Assembly (NCBI GenBank): GCA_020348345.1
Contig: CP070748.1
Location: 1,293,051-1,357,050 of the forward strand
DNA from: Methanobacteriota archaeon
GTDB taxonomy: Archaea > Thermoplasmatota > Thermoplasmata > UBA10834
Direction of reading: 5' to 3'
Length of the DNA stretch: 64,000 nt
Part shown: positions 56,483 through 64,000 of the stretch, piece after piece
Layout of the letters: each line of letters starts with the position of its first letter
Numbering within the stretch: the first letter of the stretch is position 1
Position numbers and translations under genes: made by a program
The notes under the pieces: generated by a model
Told to the model about the DNA's origin: nothing
The model's database searches: none
The model's input: only the letters and a program-made list of their open reading frames with translations

Positions 56483-57669
56483 CAGACTCTCGCGACTATC
56501 TTGACCACATCGTTCTCCTTGAGGATGTGGTCGTGCCCCACAGCCATGTGAGTCCTTCCGTCTATCGCCCTTATAAAGTTATCACCCAGGTCTGTGTGGA
56601 CCTTGAACGCCAGATCCCTGGCATTGCTGCCGCGAGGCATCAGATATGCATCGGGAAGGATGCGCCCTTGCTTGTCCATCCACTTCGTCTCGTCCTCGAC
56701 CGGATACACTATGATCAGGTCCAATACATCGAAGACCACCTTCTCCAGGACGGGCTGCACGCCAGTGCTTCCAGCTCCTTTCAACCAGTCTGCCATCTTG
56801 TCCAGGGCCTTCCGCTGCGACTCGTTCAGTTTTGACTCCTCGGGCATATCGAAGGAAGATGCTCCGGGGGTATAGGCGACAAGGCCGCCTTTCGCAGCGC
56901 GCCTGAGCGCAAGCTCGAATTCCGCGCTCGTCGGCACGACGGGATATCCAGTCTCCTCGAGCTTCCTCATGTTCTCTGGCGGGGCGATGTCGGCTTTGTT
57001 CGCAGCGATGATCATCGGCTTGCTGACCTTCTGAAGCACCTGGCAGAAGGAGAGAAGCTCATCATCCTTCCACAAGGATGGATCATTGTCGTTCCCTGAC
57101 TGCTTTATGGCGGAGAGTATCTGTGCCTCGGTAATCGATAACCCTGTCAGTTTCTCCTGCAGAAGCCTCTCGAACTTCTTCCCCGCGAGCTTCGACTGCC
57201 GGGCGATCTTGTTGAAGTCCTTTCCGAGTATGCCGAAGATCCAATAGGAAATCTCCCTCTCCAGAAAGCTGACGTCCAAGGCAGGGTCGTGAGAGCCGGC
57301 GCCGACCGGGTTGCCCTCGAAGTCTGTACCTCCGCTGGCATCGACGACGTGGATGAACGCATGCGCCTGCCTGAGGTCGTCCAGAAACTTGTTGCCGAGG
57401 CCCTTCCCGGAATGGGCGTCCGGAACAAGGCCCGCCACGTCCAACAGTTCTATCGGAACGAATCGGGTTCCCCCTTCGCATAGCGAGTTGTTCGGGCTGC
57501 ATGAGCTTCCCAACGCGGTGTGAGGACATGGTCCCCGGACGTGGCCGACGCCTCTGTTGGCCTCTATGGTCGTGAAAGGATAGGACGCGACCTGTGCGGT
57601 GGACATGGTGAGTGCGGAGAAGAATGTCGACTTGCCGACGTTCGGCTTTCCCACTATACCTACCAGCAT
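56482..57669 (-). CDS. Obg-like (YchF/DRG family) GTPase with a C-terminal TGS-like domain
   Basis: [12 protein letters not shown] (G1), DVAGLV (G3) and NKAD (G4). ATG at 57669 has GAGGGGGAG upstream; the track gives a TTG at 57690. Confidence 0.8.
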   Translation of the reverse strand: MLVGIVGKPNVGKSTFFSALTMSTAQVASYPFTTIEANRGVGHVRGPCPHTALGSSCSPNNSLCEGGTRFVPIELLDVAGLVPDAHSGKGLGNKFLDDLRQAHAFIHVVDASGGTDFEGNPVGAGSHDPALDVSFLEREISYWIFGILGKDFNKIARQSKLAGKKFERLLQEKLTGLSITEAQILSAIKQSGNDNDPSLWKDDELLSFCQVLQKVSKPMIIAANKADIAPPENMRKLEETGYPVVPTSAEFELALRRAAKGGLVAYTPGASSFDMPEESKLNESQRKALDKMADWLKGAGSTGVQPVLEKVVFDVLDLIIVYPVEDETKWMDKQGRILPDAYLMPRGSNARDLAFKVHTDLGDNFIRAIDGRTHMAVGHDHILKENDVVKIVARV

Positions 57670-57809
57670 TCTGCTCCCCCTCTGGTTCAATGCCGGTATA
57701 CGTAGAAAAAGTACGCGGTGTCGACCGGCATCACGGTTTTGGGGTGCATGACGTAGCCCAAGGAGCAGAAACCAAGGAATTTATACGGGAACTGCCGTTG
57801 CCGGAATCC

Positions 57810-58886
57810 ATGGAGACTGCCATTGTTCTGTGCGAGGGGGGTTTCGGCAATCCCGCGGGGAAGACAGCTGCTGGACTTGTCAGACATTCGCTGAGATTCA
57901 AGATCATCGGCATTGTCGACAGCTTCAAAGCAGGCATGGATGCGGGGGAGGTTATCGACGGAAAGAGAAACGGTGTGCCGGTGTTCTCATCGGTCAAGGA
58001 GGCGCTCTCAGCTCTGCCAGAGAAGCCGGAGTTCATGATAATTGGCGTTGCGACCGTAGGCGGCGTGCTGCCTGACGAATTCAGACAGCCTGTCAGGGAT
58101 GCGATTGAGGGAGGCGTCAGCATCATGTCTGGCCTGCACGAATGGCTTTCGGAAGACGAGGAGCTGAGCGCGCTGGCAGCCAGGAATGGCGTCGCGCTGC
58201 ACGATATCAGACGCGAGCCGCCGTTGAAGAAGCTGCACAAGTACATGGACCTGATGGACAAGATGGATTGCATTCGAATCCCCGTGCTCGGGACCGATGC
58301 AGCAATAGGCAAGCGCACAACAGCCGTCGTTCTCACCAAGGCGATGAACGAAAGAGGAATAAAGACGGTCTTCGTGGCTACGGGGCAGACTGGGCTCATG
58401 CAGGGTTCCAAGTACGGCATACCACTCGATGCGATTCGAGGCGACTACGTCGTGGGCGAGCTGGAGCACGCCATTGCATCGGCGTGTAAGGAGGAGAAGC
58501 CTCAGCTTATCATCATAGAGGGACAAGGTGCGCTCAGTCACCCGGCCTATGTCACCGGCTCGAGAGCGATCATGAGCGCGGCCAAGCCGCAGGCGGTCGT
58601 GCTGCAGCACGCGCCAGGAAGAAGAACGAGAAGCTACACTGATGACGATAGCGAGCCACAGCTTCCGATGGGTACTGTGGAGCGAGAATCGGAGCTGATA
58701 AGGGTCACTGGCGGATGCGACGTCATTGGAATCGCGATCAACCCGGAGTCATTGGAGAGAGAGGAGGCCGTCAAGATCATCGCGGAATACGAGGAGAAGT
58801 ACGGCCTACCGACATGTGATGTCCTCGTTGACGGCCCGGACAAGATTGTGGATGCGATAATCACGCGATTCTTTTCGAAGAAGTGA
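57810..58886 (+). CDS. DUF1611 family protein (DgcN-like)
   Basis: AIVLCEGGFGNPAGKTAAGLVRHS, IIGVATVGGVLP, SGLHEWL and VLGTDAAIGKRTTAVVL...FVATGQTGLMQG. TTTATA at 57780-57785 lies 24 nt upstream of the ATG at 57810, which suggests a leaderless transcript. The track ORF starts at 57612. Confidence 0.65.
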   Translation: METAIVLCEGGFGNPAGKTAAGLVRHSLRFKIIGIVDSFKAGMDAGEVIDGKRNGVPVFSSVKEALSALPEKPEFMIIGVATVGGVLPDEFRQPVRDAIEGGVSIMSGLHEWLSEDEELSALAARNGVALHDIRREPPLKKLHKYMDLMDKMDCIRIPVLGTDAAIGKRTTAVVLTKAMNERGIKTVFVATGQTGLMQGSKYGIPLDAIRGDYVVGELEHAIASACKEEKPQLIIIEGQGALSHPAYVTGSRAIMSAAKPQAVVLQHAPGRRTRSYTDDDSEPQLPMGTVERESELIRVTGGCDVIGIAINPESLEREEAVKIIAEYEEKYGLPTCDVLVDGPDKIVDAIITRFFSKK

Positions 58887-59694
58887 CCATGTCGAGGAAG
58901 GCGTTCGACAGCTCGCCGATTTCCTCAGGTGAGAGCTGCTCTGCTCTCAGAGACGCATGCGGCAGGTTCTTCAGGTCTGAGGCCGCGCCATCCGTTAGAT
59001 ATGACCGCGACGCGGGGTCGTCCGCAAGGGCATTGTATATCTTCTTCCTTCTGTGAGAGAATATCGACTTCGTCACGTCGTTGAATACGCGCTCGTCCAG
59101 GACCGTGAATGGTGGACTGCGAGGCGTGACAATCACGACGCTCGAATCGACCTTCGGCTGCGGCCAGAAGGCGGTCCTGGGAACATCGAATGCGATCTCA
59201 CATCGCGCCCGGTAGACGACGGCCACCGAGAGTCTTCCATAGTCCTTGGTTCCCGGCCCCGCGACCATGCGCTCGGCGAACTCGCGTTGGACCATCAGCA
59301 CCGCGGAATTGAATCCCTCGTCCAGAAGCTTGAACGTGACAGGTGAGGATATCTGGTATGGAAGGTTCGCCACCACCTTATCGAACTCTGGGAGGAATGC
59401 GTTGACCGCGTCGGCATTGACGAGCGTGATCTTCTGTCCGAACCTCCTCTCAAGAAAACGGCAGAACGCTGCGTCCGCTTCGACCGCGACGACCTTGGCA
59501 CCTGTCGAAAGTATCGCCTCAGTCAAGTTGCCTATGCCAGAGCCAATCTCCAGCACCGTCTCGCCGGACTGTAGGTCGGCTCGGGCCACCTGACGCTCGA
59601 TGACGCTCTCGTCTATGAGAAAATGCTGGCCGAGTCTCTTCGACGGGCGCTTGCCCATTGACTCGAGTATCGTCTTGACTTCCTGGACCCTCAT
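58861..59694 (-). CDS. ksgA: 16S rRNA (adenine-N6,N6)-dimethyltransferase KsgA/Dim1
   Basis: LGQHFLIDESV, VLEIGSGIGNLTE, VANLPYQISSP. Confidence 0.9.
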   Translation of the reverse strand: MRVQEVKTILESMGKRPSKRLGQHFLIDESVIERQVARADLQSGETVLEIGSGIGNLTEAILSTGAKVVAVEADAAFCRFLERRFGQKITLVNADAVNAFLPEFDKVVANLPYQISSPVTFKLLDEGFNSAVLMVQREFAERMVAGPGTKDYGRLSVAVVYRARCEIAFDVPRTAFWPQPKVDSSVVIVTPRSPPFTVLDERVFNDVTKSIFSHRRKKIYNALADDPASRSYLTDGAASDLKNLPHASLRAEQLSPEEIGELSNAFLDMVTSSKRIA

Positions 59695-59722
59695 GCGAAC
59701 ACGTCCCGGGTCGTCCGGCGCA

Positions 59723-60271
59723 TCATCTGGATACGAAGAGCCTGTACTTCTCGTTCGGGTTGGACAGCTCCTCCTCTATCCTCTTCGCGATGAGCTTGTC
59801 GACCTGGTGAGCCATCGGAACGCGCTTGCCGATGTCCTCGAAGTTCTTGAAAGGACCCTTCTTCCTCTCCTCTATGATGCTCCACATAGTCTTCTTGCCG
59901 AGGCCGGGCAGCAACTCCAGCATGTGAAAGCGCGTTGTTATCGCCTGGGCCTCGTTGAAGAACTTGACGAAGCGCGGTTCGTTCGATTTGATAATCTCCA
60001 TCACCACATACGGCATCTCACTCTGAGCGGCGTTGGTCAGCTCGTTGTGCCCTATCCTGCGTTTGACATGAAGAATCTCCTGTCTGAGGTCGATATCCTT
60101 ACCGATGTATACCCGATCGCCGACCGTCAGCTTCGAGTCCTCTCTTGGTACGAGCTCGAAAAGCTTGAACTGGGATTCGCCGAGAGCGTACGCTACGGGC
60201 TCCCGCCTGAACTTGCGTTCGTCCGGCAGCCCTTGGGGCAGGTAATCTAGAATGCGTGCGTAGTCCTCCAA
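59723..60271 (-). CDS. DUF655 family RNA-binding protein (helix-hairpin-helix)
   Basis: EDYARILDYLPQG...FKLFELVP...ELLPGLGKKTMWSIIEERKKGPFKNFEDI. Sits in the conserved position between rpoF and ksgA. Confidence 0.7.
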   Translation of the reverse strand: MEDYARILDYLPQGLPDERKFRREPVAYALGESQFKLFELVPREDSKLTVGDRVYIGKDIDLRQEILHVKRRIGHNELTNAAQSEMPYVVMEIIKSNEPRFVKFFNEAQAITTRFHMLELLPGLGKKTMWSIIEERKKGPFKNFEDIGKRVPMAHQVDKLIAKRIEEELSNPNEKYRLFVSR

Positions 60272-60291
60272 GGAGAATCCCCCCGCGTGTG

Positions 60292-60615
60292 TCAGAGATA
60301 CTTCTCTACTATGCTAAGAATCTTTTCGACGTCCTTCTTCTCCAGGTTTGCGCGCTCCTTGGCGAAGATGACTCTGACGTCGTCTGGATGCGTAGGCATG
60401 ATATCCACAATCTTGACCGCGTTCGGCTCGGTGACAAATCCAAGCTCACCAATCTCCTTGAGGAGCTTCTTGACCTTCTTCGACTCCAGCCGGGAGAACT
60501 TCTGACAGTGTTCGAGGGCGAGCTTCTGCTCCGAAGTCAGCTCCTGCTCGTCCTGTCTTTCGGTGAGAATCTCCAATACGTCAGCCAAAGCGGCTATCTT
60601 TTTGTCTTCCATCAA
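60292..60615 (-). CDS. rpoF: DNA-directed RNA polymerase subunit Rpo4 (RpoF)
   Basis: 107 aa. LTSEQKLALEHCQKFSRL...KIVDIMPTHPDDVRVIFAKE. Conserved eL21-RpoF gene order. Confidence 0.75.
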   Translation of the reverse strand: MMEDKKIAALADVLEILTERQDEQELTSEQKLALEHCQKFSRLESKKVKKLLKEIGELGFVTEPNAVKIVDIMPTHPDDVRVIFAKERANLEKKDVEKILSIVEKYL

Positions 60616-60630
60616 AACACCAGCACTAAC

Positions 60631-60924
60631 TCAAGCCGCCTTCCTCAGATGCTCTGGCCTTACGATTATTCTCTTCACCCTGCCGCCGTCGCGCACTTCA
60701 AGCATATACGCAGTCCCCTGCTTGGCGACGACGACCCCCGTTCTGCCGTGGAACCTCACATGCGGCTGTCCTTTGTGAATGCTCGGGTCCAAGCTGACGC
60801 TGGCCTTGTCTCCCAGGTCGAATTTCTGGAACGCTCTCGTGATTGTGGAGAGCCCTCTCTCCCTCGCACGCTTCTGCATTACGCTTCGCGTCCTTCGCCG
60901 ACCTCCTTTCGAAGCCTTGGCCAT
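60631..60924 (-). CDS. rpl21e: Ribosomal protein eL21 (L21e)
   Basis: SKGGRRRTRSVMQK...FDLGDKASVSLDPSIHKGQPHVRFHGRTGVVV. Confidence 0.9.
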   Translation of the reverse strand: MAKASKGGRRRTRSVMQKRARERGLSTITRAFQKFDLGDKASVSLDPSIHKGQPHVRFHGRTGVVVAKQGTAYMLEVRDGGRVKRIIVRPEHLRKAA

Positions 60925-60928
60925 CTAT

Positions 60929-62146
60929 TCACGCCTCCTTGTCTCCGATCCTTATTACATCGAGTTCCACCACGTCACAGGGCACGCCGACGATTTCCGC
61001 CACGCTCGGCTTCGTACGGCCGTCGTCCCCGTGCACTAACTCCTTGATGTAAGTGCCGCTGGCGGCCTTAATGACGAGCACGGCCTCGAGCGCCTCGGCC
61101 GACTCGATCTCCACCCTGTGGATGATTCGCGTCCTTTCGAGGTTGGCCCGTCGATGAGCCACCCTATGTGGGGTAAGCTGACTTATAGGTTTTTCGTCCA
61201 ATACACGAACTATGTCATTAAGCTTTCTGTGATCGAAATCAGCCTGGAAGCGCACTCTGACCCTGTACGTCTTGGGATAATCTGCGTTCTTTATGCCCCT
61301 CACCTCTGCCCGTGAGGATCGCCTCATCTCCGCCACATCTACCGTGCCGCCCGCGGAATCGTTTATCTCCCGCTCGATGGCCTTGTAATCCAACGACCGC
61401 TTCCTGGGGCGGCTGACCTCCACAACGAACGGCCTCCCGTTTCCCAGCATAAGGGCGTCAATATCCTCCCTCCCCATGCCGTGGAAAGCCTCCTCATCGC
61501 CCCCGGCATGGCGCATGACCACAGGGCCTATGAGGCCCTGGACGCTCGTCTCATACATCACGCCCTTGCCAGCACACCTGGGGCATCCCTTTCCCCTGCA
61601 CTCGCGGCAAGGCCAGTGCGTCTGTGGAATCCCCCGAGAGTGTTTCCTGTATCTGCCGTAGACGAACACGGGAGCGACGTCAACCACAACCCTGTCGAAC
61701 ATGGTGTCGATCAACAGAACGATATCGGGCTTAGCGAACTCTGCAGGTTTGCCGATGGTTGCCTCAACCACCTTCCCTATCTCCCTGTTCAGTTCGCTCT
61801 TGATGGACTCAGTCTCACGCGCGCCTATATCGACCCAGAATTGCTCTTCGGCCTCGGATACCTCGGGGTCAATCTTCGTGCCCACGAGGAAGTTCGCATG
61901 TTCGTATGGCGCTGACGCGCTCATGGCCATCTCGGCGAATTTCTGCACCTCTGAGAACAGACCCCTGCAGACCGTGCAATCATTTGGCGCAGCGAGCGGA
62001 GCTCCGCAGTCGGACGCGAATCTCACGATGGTTCCACGCTGGACGTTCGACAGGCCTCTGGAGACGGTCGCGAACAGTCTTCCAAGGCAGTGGTTGCACA
62101 GGGAGCGTTCGAGCGCACGCCCTGCGATCTCGAGCCTTTCGGACAT
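60929..62146 (-). CDS. pus10: tRNA pseudouridine(54/55) synthase Pus10
   Basis: N-terminal zinc motifs CNHCLGRLF...CTVCRG, a THUMP-like middle region, and a second Cys cluster CRECRGKGCPRCAGKG. 405 aa. Confidence 0.85.
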   Translation of the reverse strand: MSERLEIAGRALERSLCNHCLGRLFATVSRGLSNVQRGTIVRFASDCGAPLAAPNDCTVCRGLFSEVQKFAEMAMSASAPYEHANFLVGTKIDPEVSEAEEQFWVDIGARETESIKSELNREIGKVVEATIGKPAEFAKPDIVLLIDTMFDRVVVDVAPVFVYGRYRKHSRGIPQTHWPCRECRGKGCPRCAGKGVMYETSVQGLIGPVVMRHAGGDEEAFHGMGREDIDALMLGNGRPFVVEVSRPRKRSLDYKAIEREINDSAGGTVDVAEMRRSSRAEVRGIKNADYPKTYRVRVRFQADFDHRKLNDIVRVLDEKPISQLTPHRVAHRRANLERTRIIHRVEIESAEALEAVLVIKAASGTYIKELVHGDDGRTKPSVAEIVGVPCDVVELDVIRIGDKEA

Positions 62147-62215
62147 GATGCGTACGCGAGGAGGGCGAGCTTGTATTTATCGTTATCTCACTGAAGGCTG
62201 CGGCTCACGAAGACA

Positions 62216-62770
62216 TCACATGCCAACGCACTCGAAGTGTTCCTTTGAGTATGACCAAAGAGGGTCTTCGCTCTTGGTCGCAATCGTCTCGGCCCACTCA
62301 CGCATCGCTGGGGCAATCGCACTCGCCAGAGCATCCGTGTCGAAGTGATCCGCGCTCTCGTCATAGACCAGGTAGCTGACGAATACTGGCTTGCCCTTCA
62401 CCTCGTCCTCCTGGAAGGAGAATAGAATCCTTGCCCTGGTCACGCCAGCGATATCGTAGACCTCCCCCACCATCGAGTAATCCTTGCCGTGACTGCCAGC
62501 GATCTCGAGCCGATCTATCCCGTCCATACCGCCCTCGTTCAGAATCCAGTTCATCTTGCCCTTGTACGTGCCGATCACATACTGCGACGGCGACATCCTG
62601 AGTTTCTGGCCGCTGTCCAGCGCCAGCCTGGTCCAGACGCGAAGGAACGTGTGGGCGACGAGCAATCTCAGCCGCGCAGGCCCCTCGAGACCGGAGGATT
62701 CGCCGGCGGGAACCGCGTTCATATCGCTCTTGAAATGGCGCTCGATATCCTGGGACATCCAGCATGACAT
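62216..62770 (-). CDS. Hypothetical protein (184 aa)
   Basis: ORF with a coding-like composition on the same strand as its neighbours. No family recognised. Confidence 0.35.
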   Translation of the reverse strand: MSCWMSQDIERHFKSDMNAVPAGESSGLEGPARLRLLVAHTFLRVWTRLALDSGQKLRMSPSQYVIGTYKGKMNWILNEGGMDGIDRLEIAGSHGKDYSMVGEVYDIAGVTRARILFSFQEDEVKGKPVFVSYLVYDESADHFDTDALASAIAPAMREWAETIATKSEDPLWSYSKEHFECVGM

Positions 62771-62814
62771 ACGCGCGCATCGTATTTCAATCGTGCTGGA
62801 GGCGGCCTCGTCAG

Positions 62815-63360
62815 TCAGAAACCCATGCCGTCTACCTTGATCTCGGTCCTCTTGCTCTCCAGGAACCTGTACACAGCGGAGTGTTCGCTCCCGGTCAGAA
62901 GCATATCGAGGGCCCTCCTGGCGATGTCAAGCTGCACTATGTCCCCTATAAGGGAAACTGTGTTACCATAAACGCTCATATAAGCCCCCGTGAGCTCCTC
63001 GAAAAGTCTTCGCGTCTTGCCTTTGGTCCCTATGACGCGCGCGCGCATACGGGCAATATGGGCCGGCCTCTTGCCCACATAATCCCTTATATCAATGACC
63101 TCTAGGAACCAGTCGTCTTCCAGAACTATCATTGCCTTCTCTGGCGAGAAACCGCGGCCGACGGCGACAACGAAATCCATGACTGACAGGACGGCCGACG
63201 GGTCCTCTGCTTTCGAGTAATCCACGGTCACGTCGCCCTCTTCCGAGTCGACGAAGATCATGACGCCTGTCTGCTTCTCCACTTTCGCCTTGACCTCGCC
63301 CTTCCTGCCTATGAGAACACCGATGCGTTCCTTGGGCACCTTAACCGACTGACGGGTCAT
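62815..63360 (-). CDS. KH-domain RNA-binding protein (aDim2/Pno1-like)
   Basis: Two KH GxxG loops: IGVLIGRKGEVK and VIGTKGKTRRLFEELTG. ATGA overlap with the Rio kinase gene. Confidence 0.75.
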   Translation of the reverse strand: MTRQSVKVPKERIGVLIGRKGEVKAKVEKQTGVMIFVDSEEGDVTVDYSKAEDPSAVLSVMDFVVAVGRGFSPEKAMIVLEDDWFLEVIDIRDYVGKRPAHIARMRARVIGTKGKTRRLFEELTGAYMSVYGNTVSLIGDIVQLDIARRALDMLLTGSEHSAVYRFLESKRTEIKVDGMGF

Positions 63361-64000
63361 CTCCTCCGTATCCCCTTCAACTCTTGCTCGACATCGATGT
63401 TCAGACCGTACCTTCTGAAATACCTTGCGATGTTGCCCAGGTCTCTCATCAGAAGCTCCTCCGCCATGGGATGTCCGGTGAGCACAGACTGGCCGACGTC
63501 TATCAGGACGGGCTCCTCGCCGTCCATGAGAACATTGAACTCGCTCAGATCGCCATGCACCAGCTGAGCGTCTGCGTAGGCTTTCCTGACGTAGCCAAGA
63601 AGCGTCTCAGCTACTTCGTCAGGCGCATCGAGATGTACGCTGCGCATCATCGGTGCGGGAGAAGACTCCGTACCGATGTACTCCATGACTATGAGGTTCT
63701 TATGGCAGGCAACGGCTTTCGGAACTCTTACGCCGGCTTCGTAGAACCGCTGCAGGTTTCTGTACTCCTTCGACGACCATGCCATGATAAGCTTCCGTCT
63801 GTTGCGTGATATGCCCTTGAACCTCGGGTCGCCGATTATGTACTTCGCCATATCCTTGTAGGTCGCAGTCGATGTCCTGTATATCTTCAGCGCCAGATGT
63901 CTTCCATCGGAGGTCAGAGCGCGGAAGACATTCCCCTCCTTGCCAGTCGATATCGGGAAGTCTATCTGGTCGATGACGCCATCGGAGAAGAGTTTGTAGA
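63357..64000 (-). CDS. RIO-type serine/threonine protein kinase; the 5' end lies outside the window
   Basis: The frame stays open upstream of the track ATG (63851) to nt 64000. It reads ...STGKEGNVFRALTSDGRHLALKIYRTS... followed by LVHGDLSEFNVLM and IDVGQSV. Confidence 0.8.
   Translation of the reverse strand, partial: YKLFSDGVIDQIDFPISTGKEGNVFRALTSDGRHLALKIYRTSTATYKDMAKYIIGDPRFKGISRNRRKLIMAWSSKEYRNLQRFYEAGVRVPKAVACHKNLIVMEYIGTESSPAPMMRSVHLDAPDEVAETLLGYVRKAYADAQLVHGDLSEFNVLMDGEEPVLIDVGQSVLTGHPMAEELLMRDLGNIARYFRRYGLNIDVEQELKGIRRR

Noticed and set aside
1-64000. CRISPR arrays, tRNA or rRNA genes, IS elements or integrases, prophage-like content
   Set aside because: Reading the intergenic regions, I saw no direct-repeat arrays, no T-loop/acceptor-like tRNA signatures and no transposase- or integrase-like ORFs. 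A candidate at about 3520-3540 (CAGGTTCGGCAGCCCTG) lacks the rest of a cloverleaf. A covariance-model scan would still be the decisive test.

Overview
The window is a gene-dense, GC-rich stretch of archaeal chromosome. I call about 57 protein-coding genes on both strands, and many adjacent genes overlap by 1-8 nt. By eye I found no rRNA, tRNA, CRISPR array, transposase or integrase.

The archaeal assignment rests on the 53-64 kb block. It holds eL15, a family-B DNA polymerase, a YchF/DRG-type GTPase, KsgA/Dim1, DUF655, Rpo4/RpoF, eL21, Pus10, a KH-domain (aDim2-like) protein and a Rio kinase.

The rest reads like a peptide- and amino-acid-degrading anaerobe:
- Opp/Dpp peptide ABC transporter (1-3.4 kb).
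- A set of secreted hydrolases: a PHP metallohydrolase, two clostripain-like C11 peptidases, a PD40 propeller protein and M28 peptidases (9-28 kb).
- A Psr/Phs-like molybdopterin oxidoreductase with FdhD (20-25.5 kb).
- A tungsten-type aldehyde:ferredoxin oxidoreductase (42-44 kb).
- A cluster of two class-III aminotransferases and a methylmalonate-semialdehyde dehydrogenase (47-52 kb).
- Polyamine genes: nspC and a saccharopine-dehydrogenase-family gene.

The most unusual content is at 29-37 kb. A pyrrolysine-free MttB-family methyltransferase lies there. So does an operon in which a dimethylarginine dimethylaminohydrolase (DDAH) is immediately followed by a pyrrolysine-free homologue of monomethylamine methyltransferase MtmB. 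TAG is an ordinary stop codon throughout the window.

Other notable points:
- An exact 11-mer promoter-proximal motif is shared by secreted-peptidase genes at a fixed spacing.
- An 18-bp perfect palindrome precedes a beta-propeller / membrane-ArsR operon.
- An ABC-2 permease has PKD domains inserted in it.
- A ThiI-like protein has a degenerate PP-loop.
- A 59-aa tautomerase ORF falls below the ORF-track cutoff.

Many long ORFs in the track are antisense shadow ORFs and were rejected. All family assignments come from motif recognition by eye. No searches were run.
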